DNA of 64,000 nucleotides from Batkoa obscura (Eukaryota): NCBI GenBank assembly GCA_030770535.1, contig JASVEC010000024.1, positions 310,001 to 374,000 of the forward strand, read 5' to 3'. Shown piece by piece: positions 12,677 to 26,244 of this stretch (position 1 is its first letter; each line of letters starts with the position of its first letter). The notes under the pieces were generated by a model. It saw only the letters and a program-made list of their open reading frames with translations, ran no database searches and was not told where the DNA came from. The position numbers and the translations under genes were made by a program.

Positions 12677-13801
12677 CTACAGTATCTTTTTAATGGATTT
12701 AAGAATATCATCCCAATTGTCTTTAACATAGCCTTTTGCAAGTTCACTACTTTCTTTTAAGACTTGTTGACGAACCCCTCTAAGGATAACTGCCTTTTCA
12801 TCATATTGGGCTCCTTTATATTCATTTAAGATCATTTCGTCTGCAGTAGGACCTAAAATAGCATTAGTAGTAGCAGCCAAAACTAAACCTGCATATGGAA
12901 TAGCTGAAATTCCAGAAACCACGGCAGTTCTCATAATATCTAAAGCCTTGTTATTATAAGCCATTTTTGAAGCATTGATTAAAGGCAAATTTTGAAGACA
13001 TGAACCTAAATCAGCTCCAGTATGCTTTTCGCCAGTGTTAGTACAGTGTTTTCCATAAACATTATTAAATGCGTCACCCCCAGCTGCACACTTTGTATGG
13101 ACAGAGGCCATATGTGCCAATCTAAAACAATTATTAAAATCATATTTCATAGCAGCAGTTCGTAGCACATCATTAGCTAAGAGACATATTTTATCGATAC
13201 TTAATACGTTGAGGTTATCTTGAATTGTTTGAGTATTTTTCTTATATATGCTAGTGTTATTTAAAATATGAGCAACCACATTTTCAGTCATTTGTATTCG
13301 AAAGACCTGACGGAAGTTTTGATCATCTGGATGCAAATTATTCAGAGGAATAATAATTGACCTTATACCATTCCTTAAATCCGCATAAATATAGTTTCCA
13401 GTTCCAACCGGGGGATTGAAAAATAGATAATCTTTTTCTTTACTTGTAGTTGTAATTCTATGCTCAATAAAAGTCGGTAAAGATTTGGATGAATCTGCTG
13501 TAACTGCTAAAAAATTATCCGTGCAATATTGACGACTGAAGGTGGTACATTCACTCGAAGTACGAAGACAACTTTTTCCTCTGTGCCAATCAATTAGCTG
13601 TTTCCTTGTATGAGCATTGGAAGGTGCAGTAAACCCATATAATGGTATACAATTACGCTGGTACTTTGGTGATATGTCGATTTCAAACCATGCAGTGTCA
13701 GACTTAAGATTGTGACAGTTCGCATCCAAGTAAGTTAACCCAAGAGGATTTTGACTTAACGTAGTAGTGATAAAAATGAATATTGATAAAATCAGAAACA
13801 T
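12677..13801 (-). CDS. Secreted cysteine-rich protein, family copy 3 (374 aa)
   Basis: Intronless paralog with the same signal peptide style, Cys pattern and C-terminus; N-terminal and central loops diverged. Confidence 0.85.
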   Translation of the reverse strand: MFLILSIFIFITTTLSQNPLGLTYLDANCHNLKSDTAWFEIDISPKYQRNCIPLYGFTAPSNAHTRKQLIDWHRGKSCLRTSSECTTFSRQYCTDNFLAVTADSSKSLPTFIEHRITTTSKEKDYLFFNPPVGTGNYIYADLRNGIRSIIIPLNNLHPDDQNFRQVFRIQMTENVVAHILNNTSIYKKNTQTIQDNLNVLSIDKICLLANDVLRTAAMKYDFNNCFRLAHMASVHTKCAAGGDAFNNVYGKHCTNTGEKHTGADLGSCLQNLPLINASKMAYNNKALDIMRTAVVSGISAIPYAGLVLAATTNAILGPTADEMILNEYKGAQYDEKAVILRGVRQQVLKESSELAKGYVKDNWDDILKSIKKIL

Positions 13802-14053
13802 TTTTTTTGTATTTTATAAGTATATTTTGTTTCTATTTATATACTTTTTTTTAGCACTGTAGATGCTTAATACAAAATAAGTATTAATTATAGATTATAG
13901 CTATATGTTTATTATTTAATCTATTAATGAATATAATTTAATAAACAATAAATAATAAATAATTAGGGAAATTATTTTTAATAACTAAATTTGTAACATA
14001 TATATATAAATATTAAAGTGGTACAGGTAATCGTATTCGTTGAACATTTGTAT

Positions 14054-14523
14054 ATGCAATCTTATAGGGCTCTTATTTTCATAATATAATTTCTTACCCT
14101 GCTAAAATTAATTGTTCTATTCATTAGTTGAATTTAATATTTTTTTATGACTGCAAAATTATTCACAGTAATTCAATCATTCACAGTTATTAAATTCTTT
14201 AATACTTTCAACGATTTAAGTATCCTATTTATTATATTGAATCATATCAATAGTCAAATTGCTGCCAGATCTTTATTATTGAATTAGGTAATCTTACTAA
14301 TCATACCGATTGAATATCAACTAACTAACATTTACACTATATTAAATTATATAGTAAAAGTTAAATTTATAGTATAAAGATATACTATAACTCAAAAATA
14401 CTATTTATCAAAATTTACAAAGCTTGTGTGCATGGTTTTTTAAAGCTACAAATTAAACTATGGACATGCGGCGTATTTAAAATTCTTAAACAAGTTTAAT
14501 TAAGTTAAAGAATACAATTTAAA
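14054..14523. repeat. About 470-bp non-coding direct repeat, copy B
   Basis: Matches 9527-9996. Confidence 0.9.
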
Positions 14524-15947
14524 AGCATAATGTTATATACTCAAGAAGGACTTTGTTTAAAGAATATTAATTTTTATTGTCTTAGAGTTAATTTATAAAA
14601 GATAATTAATTTGAATAGAGATGTATTAAAATAGAAAGAAAGTAAACTTTTGAACTAAGAGCATTGGATTAGTGGTAAAAAAGGACACAATGAAATAGTT
14701 TATGTTATTGGAGTCTCTTAATTAAAAAACAAGTGTGAATTCTAATTTAAGTGGCTATAGCCTAATTGAACTAATAGTTTTCTAATATTTAGCCAAACTT
14801 ATATAATTTGATCGCGTAGCATTTAAGAGTGTTTATGAACAATTGTGAAGAAATTGTGTGCTAGCTGCGTTGAGATAAATTTGTTAGCAATATAATAACA
14901 TAATAAAGATACGAGGTTCTGACTATAAAAAGAAGTTATAATGAACACTTTATATTCAATTCAATAAACGCAGCTCTATTTGTTAAATTTGGTATTTTTG
15001 TTAACGCTTTAACTTGCAGAAATTAATGCTTATTTTAAATTAATTATATAGCATTTTGTTAACAATGAGTTGAATCTAGTCTAATTGTAAAATACAATAT
15101 CAGCTGACTATACATTCGAAAATAATGATTAATAGCAAATATCTGTAATGTTTAGCTTTGTTACAGTAATATTTTATTGATCTAAAGCTATTAATTAGTA
15201 TATTGTAACTTTCGTAGAAAGAATTAATGCTAAGCTTATAACTACAATAAATCATTTTAAATAAACTATAATTTGATAGACAGTAATAAATAGTTTTGTT
15301 TTTTAAAAATAGACCAAGGATGAACATTTAAGTACCGGTGTTATCTTGCTTTGTATCTCAGGGGTGCTGTTCATGTCCTCTCCCAAACAAAACTTAGATG
15401 TAAAGTTAAGTTTTTTATTTCTCATTTCATCTTGCTTTCGTATTCTATAGTCGTCTTAGCATTCTAGTTTTGATATAAGCTATAGCTGTTCCAATTTTTT
15501 TATGCCTTATTTAATAGTAATTCTTATAATCAACTTATTTGAATAGCCGATTTTTTTAAAGCCTGATTCTTAGATTTTACCCGAATTTCAACATAACTTT
15601 TTTCTTAAATGAGTTGTTAATTAGATCACAAAAGAACAGCAATAGAGCTTATTTTAGAAATATTTATCAACATTTGAACAATATGATTGTGAATGCTTTT
15701 ATTTATTCATTAAAAAGTGGAATGGGAAGAAAATAAAAAATTAGAGCGTTGTTTTAAATTATGCATTACAAAAAAAAATATCTAAAATAATAATAAAATT
15801 CAAGTTATATAACTATAACTTAATAAGAGCTTAATTTTAACATTAACAGTACATGGGGAATAGATCAACATATTAATTAAGATAGAAAACATATTTATCC
15901 GATATACATTCTTTTATCTTAAACTAGCAGTAAAATAATACCTTTTA

Positions 15948-17031
15948 TCAATTATCTAAACGTGAATAACCATCTCTATTATTGTTAATTCCTGACATTA
16001 AAGAATCCAATTTATCATACAAAGAAACTTTGATGTGAAGATCATTTTCTAAAGATGAGTTGCTCTTTTCTTTATCTTTTAATAGATATGGGACAGGTGA
16101 CGTAGCTCTAGACAACGACCTTTTCCTTTCCTTTTGCACTTTTGGTGGCTTGAAGTTAATACTTGGTTGTACCATCAATACATTCTTACGAAATTGATAT
16201 AGCAAATCTACATTAGGTAACTCTTCGAAATTATGAGTAAAAATCCCCAATTCGGAATCTAATTGTCTTAAAGCTTTTAATTTTAAGTCCGCTAAATAAC
16301 CGAAGTTACTTTCTATTCAATTTATTAGTATTTTGGAGGAGTTGTAATATAGCTTAAAAATTACCTAAATCATTAAACATTTCAAAATAGATACGATCTT
16401 TTTCAAATGATATATAAAAATCACTGAAGAAATCTGCTAAATGAAGCTTTAAATCATTTAAAAAGCCTCGAAACTCTCGACTTAATCTAGGTTTATCAGA
16501 ATACTTAATCAAAAATTCCTTGGGAAGTTTCAACCTATTAACCGGTGAGAAAAATCTTGAATGTAGCTTTTCCGATTGTGCTAAAAATTCAAGTTGATTA
16601 TTAGTCGTTGTACTTAATACTCGATCTATTTCCAAATAGCACAACTAAAACTTTATTAGTTGAATGAATTAATATTTAATCAATAAGCTTACCAGGTTCT
16701 GAAGTAGATTTTTACTATAAGCAAATCGTATAAAATAACAGAGAGGGATCCAAGATTGAGTGATGGTACGGAATCCAGTAGTAGTGGTTTTTGAAGGTAA
16801 ATTATCGACGAGTACTCTATCACCAAAAAATTGTTCCAATTTCCTGGATCTAGCGTTTGGAGCTAACGGAGGTGATAAAAAAGGCTTTGGTACAGCTGTG
16901 CTGTTACAAGTATTAATATCTGTTAATGGAGCAGGCACTTTCATTTTTCTTCTTGTTATTATGCCTCGACTGTTTAACCTTGTTGTTGACATGAAATTCG
17001 ATTTTCCGTTAAGTGGGTAAGCGATGCTCAT
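15948..17031 (-). CDS. RGS-like domain protein, 3 exons
   Basis: Three track ORFs join through GT-AG introns. PLCYFIRFAYSKNLLQNLLCYLEID...EKLHSRFFSP resembles RGS helices (F..F...ENL.F.LE....I...F); a KLEQFFG motif precedes it. Confidence 0.55.
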
Positions 17032-18485
17032 TTATTGACAAAATAGAAGTGAAAGTAAAGAACTATAATTTATTAAATAAATGAATAGAAAATTTTAAAA
17101 TTGGGAATAGAAAAGTAAATTAAGGGTAATGGTAATAAATTGAATTTTTGGAACTTTTTATTTATTAAACTTTTCTTTTTAATTGTTCTCCTTCAACCCC
17201 AGGCTAGAGCCAATCATTGGACTGAAAGCCAGGGGGATTTCTTAATGCACTTGAAGTACTAAAACTTAATCAACTAATCAATTATGATGCTAAAAAATAT
17301 AACGAGTTTGATTGAAGCTAATTTAATTGCTGATCAAATTTATATTTTATTATTCTTGTTTAATAAAAATTAAACAATCAAAAAATATATTACCACACAA
17401 AGAATATTATCGGTTGCTTAGATAATAAATAAATTTGGTAAATTTAACATAAAATTAATAAGTGAAACCAAGTATTTTTTATCTTTTTATTCAGTCTAAT
17501 AAACATTCTATAATATTAATAACTCACATTTACTATTTTAATTCAACCTATAGTTTAATTCTAGATTTTAATTATATCAATTTCAATTAAATCCTGTTGT
17601 CATTTTAAAGTGCTATTTATCGTTGAAATAGCATAAGGATAAAATTCCTAATGAATTAATAACAACTACAACGGATGTAGCTTATGATAAGTTATAAATG
17701 ACAAAAGCTCCCTCAAAACATAATAAACTATAATGAATTATTTAAATTAAATTAGATCAACTTATTTAATCATGAAGTGTAGTAAACGATTAAATAATAA
17801 AAATAAATACACCACCTATTTTAATTATCATTGATGAAAATTAAGGTTTCTGAATATAAGATTAACTCTAGATTTTGAGTTATAATCATTATTTAGAAGT
17901 TTAGAATCTAAATAGATGTAGATTATTTTGGTATATAAATAGAGTATTGAACTCAAACTTTTATTTAGTTTGATTCAACTAACTATATCTTTTAAATTAC
18001 TATAAATGAAGTATATTTTCCACCTTTTAAACACCCTTAAAAAGTGAAGAAAGTAAGTTTAAATTTTTTAAAAAGATTTTAAAAAGTGCCATTTTACAAA
18101 AAATACATTTCTAACTTAATATGTAAATAAGTATTTTAAGCTAATATTTATAGTAAAATAAAATTATGAATCTACTTATTTATCATTTGTAAGTACATTT
18201 TAGAACGTTTTATTTATAATTAGCATCCTACACTAACCTTACTTCAGTTTTTGCATCTTTTGAGCAACATCCTGGAAATTTCCTTTCATTTTAACCAATA
18301 GTCTAGCCCTTCTTAAAAAACCGATTTTCAAAAACTAGGTCCATGTCATCATCATTCTAATTCTCTTAATAAATAAATCTTAAACCACAAAGTCGATGCT
18401 AATTGGCCACAGTATCACTAACTAAATATTTAAAATAAATTAGCATTTTTTATTTTTATTAACAAAACGTAACAACAAAAAAAAG

Positions 18486-19519
18486 ATGAAATTTTTCACT
18501 GGATTATTAGTCTTAGCGTCTACCTTATTGGTATCTGATACTTTAGGTTTAAAAAAAGCACCTGAAAAGTTGACTATTGGTAAGTTAGTTTATTAATCTA
18601 TCTTATGAATATTTATTTTGAATAACTTATTAGGTATTAAAAAACGCATTCCTGAAAGTGAATGTGAAAGAAAAGCTAAGAATGGGTAAGTTTTATTGTC
18701 CTTGAGTATTCTTAATGTTTATCTTTTATTTCCATAGGGACTTTGTCTCTGTTCATTACACTGGTACCTTATTTGAAGATGGTACTGAGTTTGATTCCAG
18801 CATTAAACGTGGACCATTTGAGTTTAAACTTGGTAGGAATTTATTAAACTTAGGACAATTTTATACTAAAATTTCATGTAATAGGTTCTGGTAATGTTAT
18901 CAAAGGTAAATCAACATTATTTTATTTTATAATTAATTTAACCTCTATTTTTTTAGGCTGGGACCTTGGTTTACTTAAGTACTACTATTAGTAATTTCAA
19001 AACCTCCAACTTACTAACAACCTCTTAGCATGTGCATTGGTGAAAAACGTAAACTTGTAATACCTTATGACTTAGCTTATGGTGAAGCCGGTTCCCCACC
19101 AACTATTCCAGGTAAATATAGTTGAATTAATAAGTATTTATTTAATCTGTTTTTTAATAGCTAAAGCCACCCTTGTTTTTGAAACTGAGTTGATTGGTAT
19201 TCGTGGTTATGAGCCAAAAAAGAAGGCAGATGATGAGACTAAGGAAGAAGAGAAAGAAAAGGTAAAACAGGATGAGAAGGCTGATAAGGATTTAAAGGAA
19301 GACAAGAAGGTTGAAAAGAAGAGTGAAAAGAAGACCGAAAAGAAAGACAAGAAAGCTGATAAAAAAGAAGAAAAGAAAGAAAAGAAAGAAAAAAAGGGAG
19401 AAAAAGCTGATAAGAAAGAAAAGAAGAATAAAAAGGCAGCTAAAGAAGAAAAGAAGGGGAAGAAAGATAGCAAGAAAGGCAAAAAAGACAGTGATGAAGA
19501 GGATAAAGATGAACTTTAA
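18486..19519 (+). CDS. FPR2: ER FKBP-type peptidyl-prolyl isomerase (FKBP2/Fpr2-like) with a Lys/Glu-rich tail and KDEL, 7 exons
   Basis: Signal peptide [73 protein letters not shown]; ends DKDEL. Confidence 0.9.
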
Positions 19520-20055
19520 GCTGTTTTAATAAACCTTTTACAAGCATTATTTCTATTCGTTTTAAATTAATTTTTAGCATTTAAAATTGTTATCAATATA
19601 CAATGCATATGTTTTTTAATATTATAATATAAATTTACAGAAATAAGTCTAACTCTAATCATTGTATTAGTATAATAATACTACACTTAACTGCATACTA
19701 ATAGCTTGATAACTATCATTAGACGCCTCTATAAGTGTACTTCAGTTTTAGGCGAATCTAAAATGGTGGAGACATATAAATGTAGCAATCAAAAATAATA
19801 TTTATAGGCCAAAAAATTGACTTACAGTCAATAACTCCATAGTTTTTATTAAAAATAAAATTTGCTTATTTTTTACCACAGTAAAGAGATATCTTCTTTT
19901 TAAAAATTTACATATTGCTGCGTAAATATTAAGAACACATAAACTAAATTCTTGGCCATATAAATTAAATAATTAAAAAAGCGTTTTAATTTTATTTGAC
20001 TTACATCAAGATGCCATTGAAACTTGAATAAATTATCTGATATTTTATTAGAAGG

Positions 20056-20153
20056 TATGGGGATGTATTTTTTGTTTAAGGACTTTACTAACAATTTTTT
20101 ACTCAAGTAGTGTTTAAAAATGGTAAAAGTGATAGTTAAAAAAACATCCGTAT
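20056..20153 (+). mobile_element. MITE-like element copy 5
   Basis: TATGGGGATGTATTT...AAACATCCGTAT. Confidence 0.8.
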
Positions 20154-20470
20154 ATTTTATTAAGGATTTTATGGAAAATTATACTCATCCAAAGTCCACT
20201 TAAACTTACATAAATAATTCATAAACTTAAGACTCAACATAAATCAATATAATAAATTTATCAGATAATAATAGTTTTATCAAAAGGAAGAAGTTATGTG
20301 TACAGTTGTTTAACATTAATCAAAAATTACTTTTAACTATTTTAATATTTATGTTTACCTTACAAAAAATTCGAATTGGAAGCAAAACCTTGGATTAAAA
20401 TTGATTCAAAACAACTGTTTTTAAATTCATATCATCCATCAAAAAATCCAATTTTTGCTTTTATTAAAAA

Positions 20471-21689
20471 ATGACCATTTATTTAAAAGAAGAAGAATTA
20501 CCATTTAAAGAGATCGTAACCGATGAAGAAGAAAGAGGATTAGAGTTAAGTAAGTAACTTCAAAATAATAGTTTACTTTTTAATTAAAACTGTAAGCTAG
20601 TGGAAGTCGTTGTAGCTGATATTGAAGCTAAAAACTCGTCTCAATTTTTAAAGTAATTTGTATCATCTACTATATGTATTTCATAAATAATCTCAATAAA
20701 CAAAATAAGGTTTCAAAAATTACATTTAAAATCTCAACAAAGTATTGAGCACTTAAAAAGGTTTCGAAAAAAGGAAGAGTCTAATGAGAATGTTAATAAC
20801 AGTAACCCTTCTCATCTTATTTTAAATCTAACCTAACCCCATCTAGCTAGCCTCAAAATATTAACTGGAATCTTATGTAGTTTGGAAGACTACAGTTTAG
20901 AATTTATAAGTCAAAAAATAGAAGAAGAAAAGACGGATTTTACAAATATATATTTGATAAAAGTGCCAAAGTATGCACCTTTGAATCGAAAACAGTTTGA
21001 TGAGAGTAGAGTTGTTTGGCCTATAAATTACCACGAGAATCCAACTAGGTAAATTGATAGTTACAAAAAGAGACTAAGTCTAAGTTGACCTTTTAGGACA
21101 GTTAAATTTACTCAACAACAAGTGGATTTTATCTGTAAAATAATGAAAAAAGTCATGGATAACGGACCACATACTATCTCGAATAAAGTAAGTTCATTTC
21201 ATCTTTTTAGAAAAATATTAGATCAATAATTCAAGTGTTGTCAAAGAGCAATTATAGTTGACCCAAAACTGGATAAAGTTCTTACAGATAATATAGACAC
21301 CACTCGATACTTTGGTCACCCTTTAAAGCATAGTATTATGAATGCAATCGATTCTATATCTCAACAAGAGCAATCGCGTAGAAAAGAAAATAACAAAAGG
21401 AAAGGAATAGACTCAGAAATTGAAATCAATTATCTCTGTCAAAATTTGGACTTTTATTTAATCTCAGAACCTTGTGTTATGTAAGAGAATAATTATTGTT
21501 TTCTTCGTTGTTTAGTAATTTGTTTTTAGGTGTTCTATGGCCTTAACGCATTCTAGAGTAAGATATGTGTTTTTCAAATATAGAAATGAAACCATAGGTG
21601 CTTTAGGTTCCAAAGTAAAAATTCATAATTTCAAAGGATTAAATCATCATTACAGAGTGTTTGTTGGAAATTTTGAATTGAACAAATAG
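20471..21689 (+). CDS. TAD3: tRNA adenosine-34 deaminase non-catalytic subunit (Tad3/ADAT3), multi-exon
   Basis: Spliced motifs IEHLKRFRK, VPKYAP...WP, HPLKHSIMNAID, YLC..LD.Y...EPCVMCSMALTHSR, GALGS...LNHHYRVF. Confidence 0.9.
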
Positions 21690-21962
21690 ATCTTTATTAT
21701 GGTTATGTAGTTACTAAAATAGAATTTAATTATAATTATTGTATGTTATGCTTATTCATTGTAGTAAGATATTATTGAAGTTATAATGAACTTATTTTTA
21801 TTAGTATTAAAGTTTTTAGCTCTGATTGATAAAAAAGCTATAATAGTAATAACTTTGAATTTTTAACAATTTTTTTAAAGTGCAATCATATGAACTTTTA
21901 AATGTAATGAAGCTGTGTATTTAATTTATACATTGATAACTTAAAGTTTTTAAATAGGTATT

Positions 21963-22070
21963 ATATGGGGGATGTATTTTTGTTTAAGAATTTTACTGAC
22001 AATCTTTCCACTCGAATAGCGCTTAAAAAATGGAAAAAGTAATAAAATCAAAAAAAGAGCATCCCCATAT
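21963..22070 (+). mobile_element. MITE-like element copy 6
   Basis: ATATGGGGGATG...GCATCCCCATAT. Confidence 0.9.
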
Positions 22071-22399
22071 TTTTATTGATTTTATTAAATACCTATATTA
22101 AAACTTTAAAATATATTAAAGTTTATTATGTGTTTTTTAAACTCAAATATAAAAAATCAACACCAAAGGGTTTAAATATGAAAGATCTAATCTTAAGAAA
22201 TTGAATCATAATTAGAAAGTATTTTATGGGGTACTTTGAGTAAAAGGGATTAAAGTATTTAGTATTTGCTGATCGCTCTAAATATATAAAATAAAAATAA
22301 AAATATTTATCCATTTGTAATTATTTTATGATTTTTTACAATCTATATTCTTTTATGCTTGATTTGATAGTGTGGAATTTTTACTAAAATTATGTTAAT

Positions 22400-22505
22400 A
22401 TACGGGGATATATTTTGTTTGAGAGTTTTACTAACAATTTTTTCACTTAAATAGCACTTAAGAAACGAAAAAAAAGATGAGACCAAAAAAAAACATCCCC
22501 CATAT
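22400..22505 (+). mobile_element. MITE-like element copy 7
   Basis: ATACGGGGATAT...ACATCCCCCATAT. Confidence 0.85.
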
Positions 22506-22687
22506 ACTGATGGTACATAAGCAAAGTGTAGTAACCTTAAATTTCATATATATATTTTTACTTACTTTTATCATTTATTTAAAGTTATTATCAGTTTTGA
22601 TTCTTTTTTAATGAAAAATAACTTATTCAATAGTATGAACTAATCCTTCATCTAAAAATAAAAAAGATAAAAAAACCAGTTGTTTAA

Positions 22688-24025
22688 TTACTCAATATTA
22701 AAATTGAAATCCTTACCTCTCACTCCATTATAAACAAAATAATTATTAATTGGCACATCTTTTTGAGATACAATTTTAAGTGCTTCTTGAGCCATAATAC
22801 CACCTAGAATTGCAGTACTTGGACTTAGTTCTCCTTGACAAAAAGTTATAACTTCTCTATAAAAAAACAAATTACTCTTAAATATTATTATATAAAATTA
22901 TGACGAAATCTCACTTAATTTTTTCTTCAGAACATAAAGTGTTATAAACTTCATTAACTAACTTTGGTTGTAATTTGAATAAGTTATTGGCTTTGGATAA
23001 ACTTAAAGTAGAAAAGGATTTGTAATCAGATTCATTTGATACTTTTGGTTTTCGGCCCATTTGAGTAGTGAAATGATGTAAAACTTAATATATAATTAAT
23101 ATTATAGTTCGTGATATAAATATAAATACTTACTTTGTATTAAAAACAAACTAGAAGAGTAGTTTCTTAATATCTGTTTTTTACTTTTTGATTTAATTGT
23201 TGTCGTTAATATGTCATCTAATGATTTATAATGTATATTTTTTTCAATTATTGTTTCATCTTCTTTATTTTGACTATTTTAATTTAAACAATAAGTTAAA
23301 TGGTAAACTAATAATAACTAAAATATAAAACTTTACACGATAAACTCATGTTCCAATAAATCAAAAAATAAGTAACCATATAACCCAAACGTATTACCAG
23401 CTATATATTTAATATTTATATCTCTACAAAGTAAATTTATCTCTTTCTAGTATTAAAGAAAATCCTTTTAATATATAAAATAACAAGACTTCTAAATAAT
23501 AGCTTACCATTTCATCCAAAGTAGCATCGTTATGACATAATAATTGAACCCTTTCTAAGCTATTCCTATCAAGTATTTCTTTTATTTCAATTGTTACTTT
23601 TGGATTCAATAGGCTTAACTTTTCAGCACATACTTCAGCTCTCTTTTTTTATTTTGAAAAATAAAAAATAAAAAATAAAAAATAAAAAATAAAAAATAAT
23701 AAAAACCTTACCTTCCTCCCAATATCATTTATTGACAAATAAAAATTTGAGCCAATCTCATTTCCATCAACTTCTCTTTGATCAAATATAACTAATTTCC
23801 CGATACCAGCTAAAACTATGTTTTTCATTAATTCAATAGCTAAACCACTTGTGCCAATTACTCCTATGGTACTATTTTTCATTCTATTAAAGGTATTATG
23901 ATTGTTTTAATTACATTGATATTAAAATATTACTTTTGTTGAGCTTGAAAACCCCAAACTCTTATCTGACGATCATATAATGCTGCTTCATCCGCATTGA
24001 TATGGTTATTATTAGGTTCCCCCAT
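22688..24025 (-). CDS. AOS1: SUMO-activating enzyme E1 subunit 1 (Aos1/SAE1), multi-exon
   Basis: DEAALYDRQIRVWG..AQ, ELMKNIVLAGIG, LNPKV, GELSPSTAILGGIMAQEALK.VSQKDVPINNYFVYNG. Confidence 0.9.
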
Positions 24026-24198
24026 CTCTATTTTCAAAATTATTCAAACTATTATGTTTATTGAAGTAGTAAATTAGAATTCATAATTTTGAGTAAATTC
24101 CTTAAAAATTTAAAATCTGATAACATAGCCAATCAACTCCCATTCCTGTAATACCAATAATTTTAACTTTATTGATTCCAATCTTCTTTAACTCAACA

Positions 24199-24465
24199 AT
24201 GTTAACTCAGTTTATTAAACATGGCGTTTCTTTAGCCATTCCTTTATCCAAACGTGTCTTTAACAATAGTTTATCATTGTTACAAACTACTTTAGCTAAT
24301 AGACCAACATTATTAAAAAAATCAATTGAATTACCTTCTATTCGTGGCTATAAAGTTCGTTCTTCATTAAAAAAAAGGTGTGAACATTGTTACTTTGTTC
24401 GTCGTAGAAAGCGATTGTTTGTTATTTGTAAAGAGAACCCAAAACATAAACAACGTCAAGGTTAA
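24199..24465 (+). CDS. RTC6: Mitochondrial ribosomal protein bL36m with targeting presequence
   Basis: [41 protein letters not shown] at 24199. Confidence 0.9.
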   Translation: MLTQFIKHGVSLAIPLSKRVFNNSLSLLQTTLANRPTLLKKSIELPSIRGYKVRSSLKKRCEHCYFVRRRKRLFVICKENPKHKQRQG

Positions 24466-24630
24466 GGGGGCTAGAGTTTTATGAAGTATTATTAAAATAT
24501 AATAGAAGTTATCTTTTTGCTTTTAGATTCATTATATTTTCAATTTTTTTAATAAAATTCCAGTCTATAAATTAAAAGTAACTTAACATAACAGCTTCTT
24601 TTATTAATATTAAGCAAAATTAATTTTGAT

Positions 24631-25632
24631 TTAGTTTAAATATTCCATCTCTTTATTTTTAATAAGTTTAACAATCAACTGATTAGCATTCGTTTGAACT
24701 CCATATTTCTCACCTTGATTAACAATGAATTGATTAATATAATCTATCTCTGTCTGCCTCTTGTCCTCTAAATCCTGTAACATGGAACATCTATTGTCTT
24801 TTACTTTAGTAATAACATTACAAATTGACTCAAACAATTTTTCTTTATCTAATAAAATAGGATCCGAAATGGTTGGTTTCATATTACTAAATACTTGAGC
24901 AATTTCATCACAGATTTCTTTAATTAATAAAATAGCTACTTGGTTATTTAATAACTCCCCATTTTTTATATGAAATAAAGAAGCTATTGGATTAATACAA
25001 CAATTTACTGCTAATTTAAACAATAGTTTTTCTCTCATCAGCTTGGATTCAACTTGAGTTTCAATATTCAATGGTAATTTTGATAACTCTTTCCAAACCT
25101 GTGACACTCTGTCTAAATCATTGTTCTTAAACAAAGGATCAAAATTGTAGTCAAGTAAACAAAAAGATGCCTCCCCTTGTGAAGCATGGTGTATAAGAAA
25201 CGGGTCACTACTTTCTCTAAAACAACCATGGTTTGTAGTACCAATAATTAATTTTGGTGAAAACTTCCAATCTTCGAATAGTTCTGTTAATTCCTCGATT
25301 ACTCCCATTCCATTCTGCAATAAAATAAGCAAACTATCTGAAGTGACATTATCCCTTATCGAGTTTATAGCTGATAATGTATGATGCGCTTTAGTCGTTA
25401 CTAATACATTCTCAAACTTTTCTGGGGACGATTTGGTTAGTAATTGTGAATCGAAGCCTGCGTAATTGGTTTTTTGACTGCTTTTTATGATACTTAATTT
25501 ACTACCTTGGGATAGAAAATCATGATGGAGATTACTTCGACGGAATAATAAGGTTACTTTATTGCCTGATTTTAATAGTTGAGAACCAAATAAACAACCT
25601 ATAGAACCAGCACCGAGGACGTGGTAATGCAT
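24631..25632 (-). CDS. PAN5: 2-dehydropantoate 2-reductase (PanE/ApbA family)
   Basis: HVLGAGSIG, VTTKA, LLQNGMG, KLAVNCCINP, SMLQDL...RQTEIDYIN. Confidence 0.92.
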   Translation of the reverse strand: MHYHVLGAGSIGCLFGSQLLKSGNKVTLLFRRSNLHHDFLSQGSKLSIIKSSQKTNYAGFDSQLLTKSSPEKFENVLVTTKAHHTLSAINSIRDNVTSDSLLILLQNGMGVIEELTELFEDWKFSPKLIIGTTNHGCFRESSDPFLIHHASQGEASFCLLDYNFDPLFKNNDLDRVSQVWKELSKLPLNIETQVESKLMREKLLFKLAVNCCINPIASLFHIKNGELLNNQVAILLIKEICDEIAQVFSNMKPTISDPILLDKEKLFESICNVITKVKDNRCSMLQDLEDKRQTEIDYINQFIVNQGEKYGVQTNANQLIVKLIKNKEMEYLN

Positions 25633-25766
25633 TTGGAGTTATGGATTAATTATTAAAAGAAATGATATTATATTATTTAGGTTATTTAGGTTATTGATTG
25701 CTATTTTTAAAAATATTCATATAAAACTTATAAAGATTAATGAACTAAATTTAAAAGAAATTTATA

Positions 25767-25870
25767 ATATGGGGATGTTTTTTTGATTTCATTGTTTTTC
25801 CATTTTTAAGCGCTATTTGAGTGGAAAGACTGTTAATAAAATTCCTAAACACGAAAAAACGTCCCCATAT
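25767..25870 (-). mobile_element. MITE-like element copy 8 (reverse)
   Basis: ATATGGGGATGTTTTTTTGATTTC...AAGCGCTATTTGAG...GTCCCCATAT. Confidence 0.9.
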
Positions 25871-25911
25871 CATACGTTTTAAATTTAATAGCCTACAGTA
25901 ATTCTACTAAT

Positions 25912-26017
25912 AAATGGGGACGTATTTTTGTGTTTAAGAATTTTACTAACAATTTTTCAATCAAATAGCGCCTAAAAGATGGAAAAAATAACGAAGCCAA
26001 AAAAAACACCCCCAAAT
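25912..26017 (+). mobile_element. MITE-like element copy 9
   Basis: ATGGGGACGTATTTTTGTGTTTAAG...CACCCCCAAAT. Confidence 0.85.
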
Positions 26018-26244
26018 ACTCGGTTATTAAAAGTTATTTTTCAATAATAACACTAGCCTTAGTATTAACATTAAATTGGTATTTTAATAACTGGCATAAA
26101 ACAACCATGGCTTATTTTATATTTATTTTAAACCATACACTAGTATTACTTACTTAGACTAGGGTATTGTAAGAGCTGGTGTTAAAATTGGGATTAAGGC
26201 AAGTTTAAATAGCTGTTTTTTCTCTTGGAAGTCCGAAGCCTTAA

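Noticed and set aside
19207..19529. Phe/Ser-rich antisense and Lys/Arg-rich alternate-frame ORFs
   Set aside because: By-products of the purine-rich FKBP tail.
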